Shown here: in pieces, positions 35,168 through 44,168 of the stretch
Layout: the number at the start of each line of letters is the position of its first letter
Numbering within the stretch: the first letter of the stretch is position 1
From: an uncultured Chitinophagales bacterium
GTDB taxonomy: Bacteria; Bacteroidota; Ignavibacteria; UBA10030; F1-140-MAGs086
Reading direction: 5' to 3'
Assembly (NCBI GenBank): GCA_964358705.1
Contig: CAYHPL010000004.1
Span: forward strand, 62,750 to 126,749
DNA: 64,000 bases
Notes under the pieces: model-generated
Databases searched by the model: none
What the model saw: the letters and a program-made list of their open reading frames with translations, nothing else
Told to the model about the DNA's origin: nothing
Translations under genes and position numbers: made by a program

Positions 35168-37396
35168 TTATTTCATCAACACCATTTTCTTTGTCTGTAC
35201 AAACGAAACACCGTTTTCTCCCTGCACATTGAGCCGATAAAAATACACGCCGCTTGATAAACGACTTGCATCAAATTGTAATTCGTGTACGCCTGCTTCC
35301 ATCAGTTCATTATCCAAAAGCGTTGCTACTTCCTGACCAAGAACATCGTACACTTTCAGCGATACATTCCCGGCGTCCAACAATGAAAATCCAATAGCCG
35401 TTTGCGGATTGAAGGGATTGGGGTAGTTTTGAAGTAATGCAAATTGAGATGGCTCTGTTTCATTTTGTGAGTAAGCATGGCTTGTTGTTTGTTTCTCGGA
35501 AAGTGTGCGCATCAAGTAATCAACACTGCTAATTTCAATAAGCCCCTTCAATTTCAAAACTCCATTGCTGATGGAATCACCGTTGGATAATAAAATGGTG
35601 GTATCAAAAGCACTATTAACATTGTTGAGAACCAAGCGCAGAGTTTCTAACGCAGAATCGCCAATGGATACAAATGTCGAATCAAATAATGGTTTTGATT
35701 TATAATATGTAAGAACTGTATCAACATAATTGGAAATTTGCATAAGAGATGAACCATTCCATGGGCTTCCTGAAGAAACATAAATGAGAGAATCAAAACC
35801 AGTTGGTGTTACTCCTTTGATGCTTGAAGCAAGATTTAACTTAAACAAACCAAACGCCTGAACAAATGGATTGGTATATGTTTTTGAACTTATCATTACT
35901 TCTTTTATGAAACGTTTTTTCTTGCTTGACCCTTCTTTCCTTACTGTATCAAAAGGAGCGTTGTACTTCGCATTCGTTTGTAATTCTGTGTAGAATTTTC
36001 CAAAATCTGCACCTTTTTTAAACCGTACCCAACCAAAATTTTTTGCCGTATTTTTATCTGTCTGTGGAATTCCAAGCACTAAACCACTCTTACCACCATA
36101 ACGAGCGATTGCTGTATCGCGCCAATTGGCAACATTTGGTACAACCGCAGGTTTTCCTGCTTTATTAAGCTTGTTCGGTTTTACTGAAACATTCGTTGAA
36201 AGTGAAAATGTCCTGTATTTTATAGAATCATAACTACATTGAAAATTCGCAGGAATAGTATCAATTGCAGCCAGTTCAGTTACAAGTGTTCCAGTAGATG
36301 AACTATTCAATCCACCAGCAACTAACAATTTTTCAGTTGAAAGTAGTGCTGTTATATGGTCAGAATGTTTTTGATTCATTTCCGGACCTGGTAACCATTC
36401 ATTCGTATTGGGATTATATATCTCTGTTAAATTAAGTGGTCCAGATTGATTACTTCCACCACACACTATAACTAAACCAGATGGCAGAATGGTTGCAGTA
36501 TGTCTTGCACGTGGCACGCACATTGGTGAAGCATCTGTCCAAATACCAGTATTGGGATCATATATTTCTACAGTTCGCGTCGTAGTTAATTTTTCATCTC
36601 CGTCAGATGAAATAAAACCTCCAATAACTAAAACTTTTCCTGATAACAACAAAGTTGCAGTATGACCTAAGCGCGAAAAATGCATAGAGCTTGTTAAAGA
36701 CCACGCTCCGGTTTGGGGGTCAAACAATTCTGCTGAGTTTCTGAAAATATATGGATTGCGTTGAGCGCCTCCTGCAACTAATACTTTGGTTGACTGCAAA
36801 AGTGTGGCAGAATGTCCCGCCCTTGACTGTATCATTTGCTCAGTCGTAGTCCATTGATTACTTGTACGATTATATATTTCTGCAGTTTTATATGTACTTC
36901 CACAACATGTTCCATCATATCCTCCCGCAAGCAATACTTCGCCGGATGATAATAGCGTTAAGGAAGAACTATATCTTGAAATTGATGGCACTCCGGTGAT
37001 AATCCATTCATCTGTTATTTCACTATATAAATATCCTGTTGGAGGAGACGATGGAGTATCTTCTCCGACAACTAATATTTCATCTGTTGTAAGTTTTAGT
37101 GCATGCAAACGGTGAGGGGATGGCATAGAATTCGCCTGAGTCCATAATTCTGTCGTTGGGTCAAATATATAAGCATTGGATGAATAAACAACACCAGGTT
37201 GTGTATAACCACCAACTACAAGTATTTTTCCTGATGGCAATGTTGCTGAACCTGGATAAATGTAACCATCTTGCAGAGGAGAACTTGTTTGCCAAGAATG
37301 AATTTGAGCATGAGAAATAAAAGATATAAATAATAGTAAAACGCCGCATGTAAGCATGGAAAAAAGATTCCATGAAATAAATCGAAGTAAATTCAT
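35168..37396 (-). CDS. Secreted Kelch-repeat beta-propeller protein + conserved pre-CTD module + T9SS CTD (742 aa)
   Basis: Signal peptide present. Six or seven blades carry the Kelch signature (.R..H.AT.L..GKVLV.GG: SRAGHSATLL, SRLGHTATLL, PRARHTATIL, KHSDHITALL). The module starts at YRTFSLST. The CTD reads LLQNYPNPFNPQTAIGF...TKKMVLMK. Confidence 0.85.
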   Translation of the reverse strand: MNLLRFISWNLFSMLTCGVLLLFISFISHAQIHSWQTSSPLQDGYIYPGSATLPSGKILVVGGYTQPGVVYSSNAYIFDPTTELWTQANSMPSPHRLHALKLTTDEILVVGEDTPSSPPTGYLYSEITDEWIITGVPSISRYSSSLTLLSSGEVLLAGGYDGTCCGSTYKTAEIYNRTSNQWTTTEQMIQSRAGHSATLLQSTKVLVAGGAQRNPYIFRNSAELFDPQTGAWSLTSSMHFSRLGHTATLLLSGKVLVIGGFISSDGDEKLTTTRTVEIYDPNTGIWTDASPMCVPRARHTATILPSGLVIVCGGSNQSGPLNLTEIYNPNTNEWLPGPEMNQKHSDHITALLSTEKLLVAGGLNSSSTGTLVTELAAIDTIPANFQCSYDSIKYRTFSLSTNVSVKPNKLNKAGKPAVVPNVANWRDTAIARYGGKSGLVLGIPQTDKNTAKNFGWVRFKKGADFGKFYTELQTNAKYNAPFDTVRKEGSSKKKRFIKEVMISSKTYTNPFVQAFGLFKLNLASSIKGVTPTGFDSLIYVSSGSPWNGSSLMQISNYVDTVLTYYKSKPLFDSTFVSIGDSALETLRLVLNNVNSAFDTTILLSNGDSISNGVLKLKGLIEISSVDYLMRTLSEKQTTSHAYSQNETEPSQFALLQNYPNPFNPQTAIGFSLLDAGNVSLKVYDVLGQEVATLLDNELMEAGVHELQFDASRLSSGVYFYRLNVQGENGVSFVQTKKMVLMK
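35447..36217 (-). other. Conserved pre-CTD module, copy in Kelch protein
   Basis: YRTFSLSTNVSVKPNKLNK...FGWVRFKKGADFGKFYTELQ..YNAPFDTVRKEGSSKKKRFIKEVMISSKTYTNP...FKLNLASSIKGVTPTGFDSLIY...ISNYVDTVLTYY. Confidence 0.8.
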
Positions 37397-37451
37397 AACA
37401 ATAACCTTTCAGAGTTTTAATTTTTAAAGTAAATAATGTGTTAAAAAAAAT

Positions 37452-37502
37452 CCCGCAAAACCCTAAACAATACATTCGCATCTGTTCATTCAATTTTGCG
37501 GG
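37452..37502. promoter_or_regulatory. 9-bp inverted repeat CCCGCAAAA...TTTTGCGGG in the divergent intergenic region
   Basis: CCCGCAAAA lies at 37452..37460 and TTTTGCGGG at 37494..37502. A third half-site, CCCGCAA, lies at 37645..37651 just before ATG 37668. Confidence 0.5.
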
Positions 37503-37522
37503 TAAAATATAGAAACTCTCAT

Positions 37523-37556
37523 TTTGGCAGTCAATACAACGAAAGTTGTATTTTTG
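37523..37556 (+). promoter_or_regulatory. Candidate Bacteroidota-type sigma-A promoter for the oxidoreductase gene
   Basis: TTTG (37523..37526), then a 22-nt spacer, then TAttTTTG (37549..37556), matching the -33 TTTG / -7 TAnnTTTG consensus described for Bacteroidetes. It lies about 110 nt upstream of the ATG. Confidence 0.4.
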
Positions 37557-37667
37557 CATTCGTGTGATTTTACCCAAAATCTCCTTTTCTGCAATTCTTC
37601 GCTCCCTTTTCCTACTCCATTACTCCCGCTTTTCTTATCTTTTGCCCGCAATTTTTTAAAATGGACA

Positions 37668-40600
37668 ATGGAAAACTTACACATACATCTTCCCGGTTTC
37701 ACATACTACGATTTTCACAATCCCGATAAACTCGCAGAACTCACTTCACTTTTTTATGATGAGGTAAAGAAAAAAAATCCTGCACTGTACGAGCAATTCT
37801 TCTCTTATAAAACTTCAAATGGAAAAGAATTTTCTGAAATACAGATATCCAATCTCCTCGTAGCAATGGCTCCGTATATCAGCGAATTTATTGCTGCAAT
37901 CTTCGGCATTCAAAGTGAATGGAAAGCATTGCAGATTATTGCAGATAAAGAGCATATTCTCTTCCATTGCAAAAAAGAATTTTTCACACGCCGTGTGTTG
38001 AAAAAATTTCAACAATCCGATGCGAAACAATTTAATCTCGCAGAATTGACACAGCAAGTTACAGCAGTAAAGAAAACATTCAGCGGGATTCCTGAAAACG
38101 ATGATGAGCTTGCGTTGGCTGCAATTTTGTATGAATTATTGCCTCACGACAAACTTTTAAAAGAAGGATTGCCGGAAGAATCTCTCGTGTATGTTCGTGC
38201 ATTGAAGAAAAAATTACCGCAGGAAGAAACGCTCGCATATCTCCATTCACTTCCCGATTCCAAGGAAGGCATTGCCAAATTATTAGAAGAACTTGTTTCA
38301 TTGTTTGAACACTATCTTGCCGCAAGTTATTTTCAAAAAGAATCTGCGACAAAAAGCTGGGTAATGTTTCGTCAGCCGAATAAACTTGATTATGCACATC
38401 TCGTTGCATTTGAAGAACTGCACACGCCTGTTACAGAATTTTTCGGACACGAAGAACACTATCGCCATCGCGATGGATTTGATTTAACGGATGAACGGTA
38501 TTCACGCCGTGAAGTGAAAAGCGAAGTGGATTATTGCATTTTCTGCCACGACCGCAGTAAAGATTCGTGTTCAAAAGGTTTGAAGGAAAAAAATGAATTC
38601 AAGAAAAATCCCATTGGCTTCGAATTAAAAGGATGTCCGCTTGACCAGAAAATTTCTGAATCACACGCACTGCAAAACGTCGGAGATTCTATTGGTGCGC
38701 TTGCGTTGATAACAATTGATAATCCGATGTGTCCCGGAACAGGTCATCGTATTTGCAACGATTGTATGAAAGCGTGTATTTATCAAAAGCAGGAGCCCGT
38801 CAATATTCCGCAAATTGAAACGCGCGTACTGACTGACGTGCTGCATCTTCCGTGGGGCTTTGAAATCTATTCTCTTCTCACGCGCTGGAATCCGTTGAAT
38901 ATCGAGCGTCCTCATTCTTTACCGTACAGCGGAAAGAAAATTCTTGTCGTCGGTATGGGTCCTGCAGGATACACAATGGCGCACTATCTTTTAAACGAAG
39001 GGTTTGGCGTTGTCGGTATTGATGGATTAAAAATTGAACCGCTTCCGGTGGAGATTACGGGCAATGCAACTACTCCATTTCAACCAATCAAAAATTTTTC
39101 TTCCATCAATAAAAAACTCAGCGAAAGAATTTTGCTCGGATTTGGCGGCGTTTCAGAATACGGCATTACCGTGCGTTGGGATAAAAATTTTCTTACTGTT
39201 GTCTATCTCAATCTGATTCGCCGCAATACATTTCGCGTCTTCGATGGCATTCGTTTTGGCGGAACGCTGACAGTGGAAGATGCATGGGAGAAAGGATTCG
39301 ACCATATTTGTTTTGCAATGGGTGCAGGAAAACCAACGTTTGTTTCCATAAAAAATAATTTGCTGCGCGGCATCAGAAAAGCAAGTGATTTTTTGATGGC
39401 GTTGCAACTTACCGGCGCAGGAAAAAAAGATTCGCTTGCAAATTTACAAATTCAACTTCCCGCAATTGTCATTGGCGGCGGCTTAACTGCTGTGGATACC
39501 GCAACGGAATTAATGGCGTACTATCCCGTGCAGATGGAAAAAGTACAATTCCGTTACGAAGCATTGTGCAGAGAAAACGGAAAAGAAAACACCGACGCAA
39601 TAATGAATGAAGAAGAGAAAAAAATTCTTGCTACATTCTTGCAACACGCAAAAGAAATTACGGAAGAACGTAATCGAGCCGCAAAGAAAAATGAATCGCC
39701 GAATTTTATTCCGCTCATTCGCAAATGGGGTGGCGTTCATTTGTACTATCGAAAAAGTCTGAATGATGCACCCGCGTATCGTTTGAATCACGAAGAAATT
39801 ATCAAAGCATTAGAAGAGGGAATTTTTATTGCAGAAAAAATGAGTCCTGTCGAAGCGATTGCTGATGAATACGGCGCAGTAAAAGAATTAATTTTTGAAA
39901 AGATGGATGTAATCAGCGGCAAATGGAAATCAAGCAACGAGCAGATTTCTGTGTATGCAAAATCTGTACTTGTTGCGGCAGGAACTTCACCGAATGTAAT
40001 GTACGAGCGCGAACATCCGCAGACAATTCAACTTGATGAATGGGGAGAATTTTTTCAGAGTTTTCAGATTGTGAAAAACGGCAAAACGGAATTGCTGCAA
40101 ACATCAAAAGGAGAAACAGGATTTTTTACATCGTATGAAAAAGACGGAAAATATATTTCGTTCTATGGAGATAATCATCCCGTGTATGAAGGAAATGTTG
40201 TAAAAGCAATGGCATCTGCAAAACACGGGTATAAAAAAGTGATTGCACTGTTTGAGCAATCAGAAAAAAATCGTCCGCTACAGAATACAATCGGAGAATG
40301 GAATAATTTTGCTTTGAAACTTGATAGCGAATTTCGTCCGCGTGTCGTTGAAGTAAATCGCCTTACACAAACAATTGTGGAAGTAGTTGTTCACGCACCG
40401 CAAGCTGCAAAAAAATTTCAACCGGGACAGTTTTTCCGCTTGCAGAATTATGAAGTAGATTCTCCAACGATTGAAAACACATTGCTGATGATGGAAGGAC
40501 TTGCACTCACAGGCGCGTGGGTGGATGTTGAAAAAGGATTGCTCGGAATGATTGTTCTCGAAATGGGCGCAAGTTCACGAATGGTGAGTATGCTGAAACC

Positions 40601-41306
40601 CGGACAGCGTGTTGTCGTGATGGGGCCAACGGGAACACCGACAGAAATTCCGGAAAACTCGACGGTGTTATTACTTGGCGGCGGTTTGGGAAATGCCGTA
40701 TTGTTTTCCATTGCAAAAGCGATGAAAGAAAAAAACACAAAAGTAATTTATTTTGCCGGCTACAAAAAGCGAGAAGATATTTTCAAGCGGGAAGAAGTAG
40801 AAGCAGGAACGGATGTTGTTGTGTACAGTGTTGATGCAGGAGAACTAATTGTACCGCAACGTCCACAGGATAAGACATTTGTCGGCAATATTGTGCAGGC
40901 AATGGTTGCGTATAGCAAAGGAGAACTTGGAGAAATTCAGATTCCGCTGAATGAAGCAACAAGAGTAATTGCTATCGGTTCGGATAGAATGATGGCGGCG
41001 GTTACGGCGGCAAGACATACCGTACTCAAGCCATATTTGAATGAAGAGCATATTGGCATTGCATCCATCAATTCGCCGATGCAGTGTATGATGAAAGCCG
41101 TGTGCGCGCAATGTTTGCAACGACACGTAGATAAAGAAACAGGAAAAGAGAAATTTGTTTTTACGTGCGTGAATCAAGACCAGTGTATGGATGATGTTGA
41201 TTTTGACCATTTAAGTTCGCGCCTGAAAGTAAATACACTGATGGAGAAAATTGCGAATAAATGGTTTGAACATATTTGCGAACGCCACCACCTTGAAAAA
41301 GTGTAG
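37668..41306 (+). CDS. Large fused Fe-S flavoprotein: N-terminal helical extension + GltD/NfnB-like (4Fe-4S + FAD/NAD(P) Rossmann) + PyrK/NfnA/SudB-like ferredoxin-reductase module with 2Fe-2S
   Basis: Cys clusters CIFCHDRSKDSCSKG, GCPLDQ and MCPGTGHRICNDCMKAC. Dinucleotide folds KILVVGMGPAGYTMAHYL and IVIGGGLTAVDTATEL. FNR-like RVVEVNRLTQTIVEVVVHAP..FQPGQFFRLQ and LLLGGGLGNAVLF. Terminal Cys cluster CMMKAVCAQC..FTCVNQDQC. I placed the start at ATG 37668 (MENLHIHLPGF); the upstream 48 codons of the ORF look non-coding. Confidence 0.7.
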   Translation: MENLHIHLPGFTYYDFHNPDKLAELTSLFYDEVKKKNPALYEQFFSYKTSNGKEFSEIQISNLLVAMAPYISEFIAAIFGIQSEWKALQIIADKEHILFHCKKEFFTRRVLKKFQQSDAKQFNLAELTQQVTAVKKTFSGIPENDDELALAAILYELLPHDKLLKEGLPEESLVYVRALKKKLPQEETLAYLHSLPDSKEGIAKLLEELVSLFEHYLAASYFQKESATKSWVMFRQPNKLDYAHLVAFEELHTPVTEFFGHEEHYRHRDGFDLTDERYSRREVKSEVDYCIFCHDRSKDSCSKGLKEKNEFKKNPIGFELKGCPLDQKISESHALQNVGDSIGALALITIDNPMCPGTGHRICNDCMKACIYQKQEPVNIPQIETRVLTDVLHLPWGFEIYSLLTRWNPLNIERPHSLPYSGKKILVVGMGPAGYTMAHYLLNEGFGVVGIDGLKIEPLPVEITGNATTPFQPIKNFSSINKKLSERILLGFGGVSEYGITVRWDKNFLTVVYLNLIRRNTFRVFDGIRFGGTLTVEDAWEKGFDHICFAMGAGKPTFVSIKNNLLRGIRKASDFLMALQLTGAGKKDSLANLQIQLPAIVIGGGLTAVDTATELMAYYPVQMEKVQFRYEALCRENGKENTDAIMNEEEKKILATFLQHAKEITEERNRAAKKNESPNFIPLIRKWGGVHLYYRKSLNDAPAYRLNHEEIIKALEEGIFIAEKMSPVEAIADEYGAVKELIFEKMDVISGKWKSSNEQISVYAKSVLVAAGTSPNVMYEREHPQTIQLDEWGEFFQSFQIVKNGKTELLQTSKGETGFFTSYEKDGKYISFYGDNHPVYEGNVVKAMASAKHGYKKVIALFEQSEKNRPLQNTIGEWNNFALKLDSEFRPRVVEVNRLTQTIVEVVVHAPQAAKKFQPGQFFRLQNYEVDSPTIENTLLMMEGLALTGAWVDVEKGLLGMIVLEMGASSRMVSMLKPGQRVVVMGPTGTPTEIPENSTVLLLGGGLGNAVLFSIAKAMKEKNTKVIYFAGYKKREDIFKREEVEAGTDVVVYSVDAGELIVPQRPQDKTFVGNIVQAMVAYSKGELGEIQIPLNEATRVIAIGSDRMMAAVTAARHTVLKPYLNEEHIGIASINSPMQCMMKAVCAQCLQRHVDKETGKEKFVFTCVNQDQCMDDVDFDHLSSRLKVNTLMEKIANKWFEHICERHHLEKV

Positions 41307-41435
41307 TAGGATATTTACCGACAATTGCGCAGCAAAAGAAAAATACTATTTCTCTATTGTTTCACAGATAATTTTTTCATATTCACATCAGAAAAAAGGG
41401 CAACAAAATTTCTATGACAAACTCTGCATTTGACT

Positions 41436-43244
41436 ATGAATAAAAATACACTTCCGTTGCTGCAACGCAAACTCCTCACAAACCTGATGCTCGCAATATG
41501 CGGGGTCAGTATTCTTTCGCTCATACTCGGCATTTATATTCAAAATATTTCCATTGGCATTGGTATGTTAATATTCAGCATTCCGCTGTTTGCCTATCCG
41601 GTGCTGAAGCGCAATATCAAACCACTCACGCGCGCGTTTCACTCAATGATTGAAGAGCAGGAACGCCTTGAAGATGAATTGCGCGAGTACACGGCAAAAG
41701 TATCTGCAATGGTGGAGGAAAAGACAAAAGTGCTTCGCGAAAAGGAATCGCGCTTTCACGATTTTATAGAAAATGCAAGCGATAGTATTCTGATTTTTGA
41801 AATGAGCGGAAAACTCATCTACATCAATCCGAAAGGAATTGAAATACTCTGCTTCGATTCCGCTCAGGATGCTCTTGCTTCTGCAACAGTAAAAAATTTG
41901 ATGGTATTTGATACGCGCACAGAAAAATTTTTTACCGAACTGCAACTGAAAAATTCCGTTGCACAAAAAGAATTATCTTTTATTACAAAGAAAAAAGAGC
42001 ATCTTACCGTAGAAGTTTCTGCGACACTTCATCTTGATGCGCAATCGCAAACGCAGCATATTCATATCATTCTTCGCGACATTAGCGAGAAGAAAAAGCG
42101 TGACGAGCAGCAATTCCGCGCGCTCAAAATGGAATACATCAGTTCCATCGCAGGAGGATTAGCACACGACTTTAACAATATGCTTGGCGGAATACTTGGC
42201 TACGCATCATTTTCAAAAGCAAAACTTTCTCAAAATGACCCGCTATATCATAATCTTGACGCGATTGAGCAATCTGCTATTCGCGCCGCCGAATTTACAC
42301 AAAAACTGATGGGATTTTCTCGCGGTGCATCGCATGGATTTCAACAAATAAATCTCAACGCGCTCGTTGGCGATTCATTGATGATGCTGGAAAAAAGTTT
42401 TGATAAAACAATTGCAATTCAGCGACGGTTTGCATCAACGGAATTATTTATTGAAGGAGATTTAGCGCAACTTGAACAAATGATGCTGATGCTGTGTTTT
42501 AATGCACGTGATGCAATGCCAAACGGCGGCGTGTTACAAATCAGTACAGCGCACATTTCTGTTTCAGAGGCAGATGCGCACAAGCACTACAACAGCATTG
42601 AAGGCGATTATGCTGTAATTACTATCAGCGATTCCGGAACGGGAATGCATCCTGATGTGCAACAACGTATTTTTGAACCTTTTTTTACTACAAAAGATTC
42701 GGGAAAGGGAGCCGGATTGGGACTTGCAACAGTGTATCGTACCGTGCATAACCACAAAGGATTTATAACATTTCAAAGTGAATTGAATAAAGGCACAACT
42801 TTTTCCATCCACATTCCCATTGTTTCCAAGCGAATTGTTGCGGAAGAAAAAATTGCAGAATCATCTTCGTATTCAGGTGAATCAACGATACTCATTGTGG
42901 ATGACGAGCAAATTATGCGGCAGATTCTTCGCGAAGGTTTGGAGGCAGAGGGATACAGAACTCTTGAAGCGTGCAATGGAATAGAAGCAGTGCAAATCTT
43001 TATAAAAGAAAAAGAAAATATTGATTTGATTATTCTTGATATGATTATGCCAAAGCAAAATGGTTTGGAGACCTTTAAACAAATGAAAGCGCTGCAACTC
43101 AATGTTCCCGTTATTCTCTCCAGCGGCTACGGGGAAAATAAACAAGTGCAGGAAATGATTAACGAAGGTGTGCGCGATGTTCTGCAAAAGCCATATCGCG
43201 TAGATACGCTCACGAAAAAAGTAAAAGAAATTCTCGATGAGTAA
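41436..43244 (+). CDS. Hybrid sensor histidine kinase/response regulator (2 TM, PAS, HisKA, HATPase_c, REC)
   Basis: Two N-terminal TM helices and a coiled linker. PAS-like FIENASDSILIFEMSGKLIYINP. H-box LAHDFNNMLGGILGY. N/G boxes NARDAMPNGG, DSGTGM and GKGAGLGLA. C-terminal receiver ILIVDDE..DLIILDMIMP..QKP. Confidence 0.9.
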   Translation: MNKNTLPLLQRKLLTNLMLAICGVSILSLILGIYIQNISIGIGMLIFSIPLFAYPVLKRNIKPLTRAFHSMIEEQERLEDELREYTAKVSAMVEEKTKVLREKESRFHDFIENASDSILIFEMSGKLIYINPKGIEILCFDSAQDALASATVKNLMVFDTRTEKFFTELQLKNSVAQKELSFITKKKEHLTVEVSATLHLDAQSQTQHIHIILRDISEKKKRDEQQFRALKMEYISSIAGGLAHDFNNMLGGILGYASFSKAKLSQNDPLYHNLDAIEQSAIRAAEFTQKLMGFSRGASHGFQQINLNALVGDSLMMLEKSFDKTIAIQRRFASTELFIEGDLAQLEQMMLMLCFNARDAMPNGGVLQISTAHISVSEADAHKHYNSIEGDYAVITISDSGTGMHPDVQQRIFEPFFTTKDSGKGAGLGLATVYRTVHNHKGFITFQSELNKGTTFSIHIPIVSKRIVAEEKIAESSSYSGESTILIVDDEQIMRQILREGLEAEGYRTLEACNGIEAVQIFIKEKENIDLIILDMIMPKQNGLETFKQMKALQLNVPVILSSGYGENKQVQEMINEGVRDVLQKPYRVDTLTKKVKEILDE

Positions 43245-43270
43245 GAAATAATTTCTATTGCTGATTCATA

Positions 43271-43300
43271 AAGGTAATACAAGTTGTATTACCTTTTTTT
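43271..43300 (+). terminator. Rho-independent terminator after the hybrid kinase gene
   Basis: AGGTAATAC-aagtt-GTATTACC-TTTTTTT. Confidence 0.85.
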
Positions 43301-43424
43301 ATGTCTGAACAGAAAATTCCGGAGACATTTTTTTCTCTTAAAAAAAAGACGCCCTTGTCCCGTATTTCAAAAATACTGTATATTCACGTTGCAAAAAAAC
43401 AGGAACAATTACACCCGAATATTT

Positions 43425-44168
43425 ATGCAACACCATCCGATATTTTCAATTCGCTTACGGGAATTGCCAACAGAAATAAAACTTCTCGTAACATTTTTCC
43501 TCTTAACGCTGGGCGCGGGATATTGTATTTCGCTCATCAATCTGAACTATCAGTACAGCATGCTTGACGGAGAACCGGGCGTAACTCCCGCAGATATGAA
43601 GCGTGCGTTTTTCGGAGACCGCACCAATACACGGCTAGCGGCAAAAATCAGCGGCGGCAGTATGGAGCAATATCTTCCGAATCCCGCGGATAAAAATGTT
43701 ATTTTAAACTGGATACAGGATGGCGCGAATGAACATAATTTTGCGTCAGTGCAAAAAATTATTCATCGCAATTGCGTACGCTGCCACAGCGATGATGGCA
43801 TAATGTCGCAGCGTCCATTTATGCAATACAGCGACATAATGACGGTGGTAAAAATTGACCGCGGCGAACCGCCTTCACTGTGGGCGCGCGTTGCACATAC
43901 ACACATTCAGGCAATCGGAATGATTTTATTTTTACTTGGCATTATTTTTACTTTCTCCTCCATCTCCTCTAAAATAAAAATAATTACAATTTGTGTTCCG
44001 TTTGTTGTACTCGTATTGGATTTTGCCTCCCGCTATCTTGCAAAATACAACGCAGATTTTGTGTACGTTATGATGGGAACAGGCGCAATGCTTGGTCTTT
44101 CAATCGGTACGATGATTATTGTTTCTCTTTGGGAAATGTGGCTGAAAAAAAAGGAGCAATTATTTTAA
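43425..44168 (+). CDS. Integral membrane protein with a single CXXCH (haem c-type) motif in an extracytoplasmic loop
   Basis: TM1 is LLVTFFLLTLGAGYCISLI. The loop contains IIHRNCVRCHSDDG. Three more TM helices follow. I placed the start at ATG 43425 (MQHHPIF); the upstream ORF part overlaps the terminator of the preceding gene. Confidence 0.6.
   Translation: MQHHPIFSIRLRELPTEIKLLVTFFLLTLGAGYCISLINLNYQYSMLDGEPGVTPADMKRAFFGDRTNTRLAAKISGGSMEQYLPNPADKNVILNWIQDGANEHNFASVQKIIHRNCVRCHSDDGIMSQRPFMQYSDIMTVVKIDRGEPPSLWARVAHTHIQAIGMILFLLGIIFTFSSISSKIKIITICVPFVVLVLDFASRYLAKYNADFVYVMMGTGAMLGLSIGTMIIVSLWEMWLKKKEQLF

Noticed and set aside
37524-37667. N-terminal 48-codon extension of the oxidoreductase ORF given in the ORF track
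   Set aside because: The extension translates to low-complexity L/F/P-rich sequence and overlaps a candidate promoter. The first ATG with a plausible N-terminus is 37668. Similar trimming was applied at 43284->43425, 50724->50868, 63951->63891, 54427->54373, 48404->48377, 9267->9252, 41430->41436 and 50237->50243. In the cases I inspected (9267, 41430, 48404, 50237, 54427), the long form begins at a TTG.
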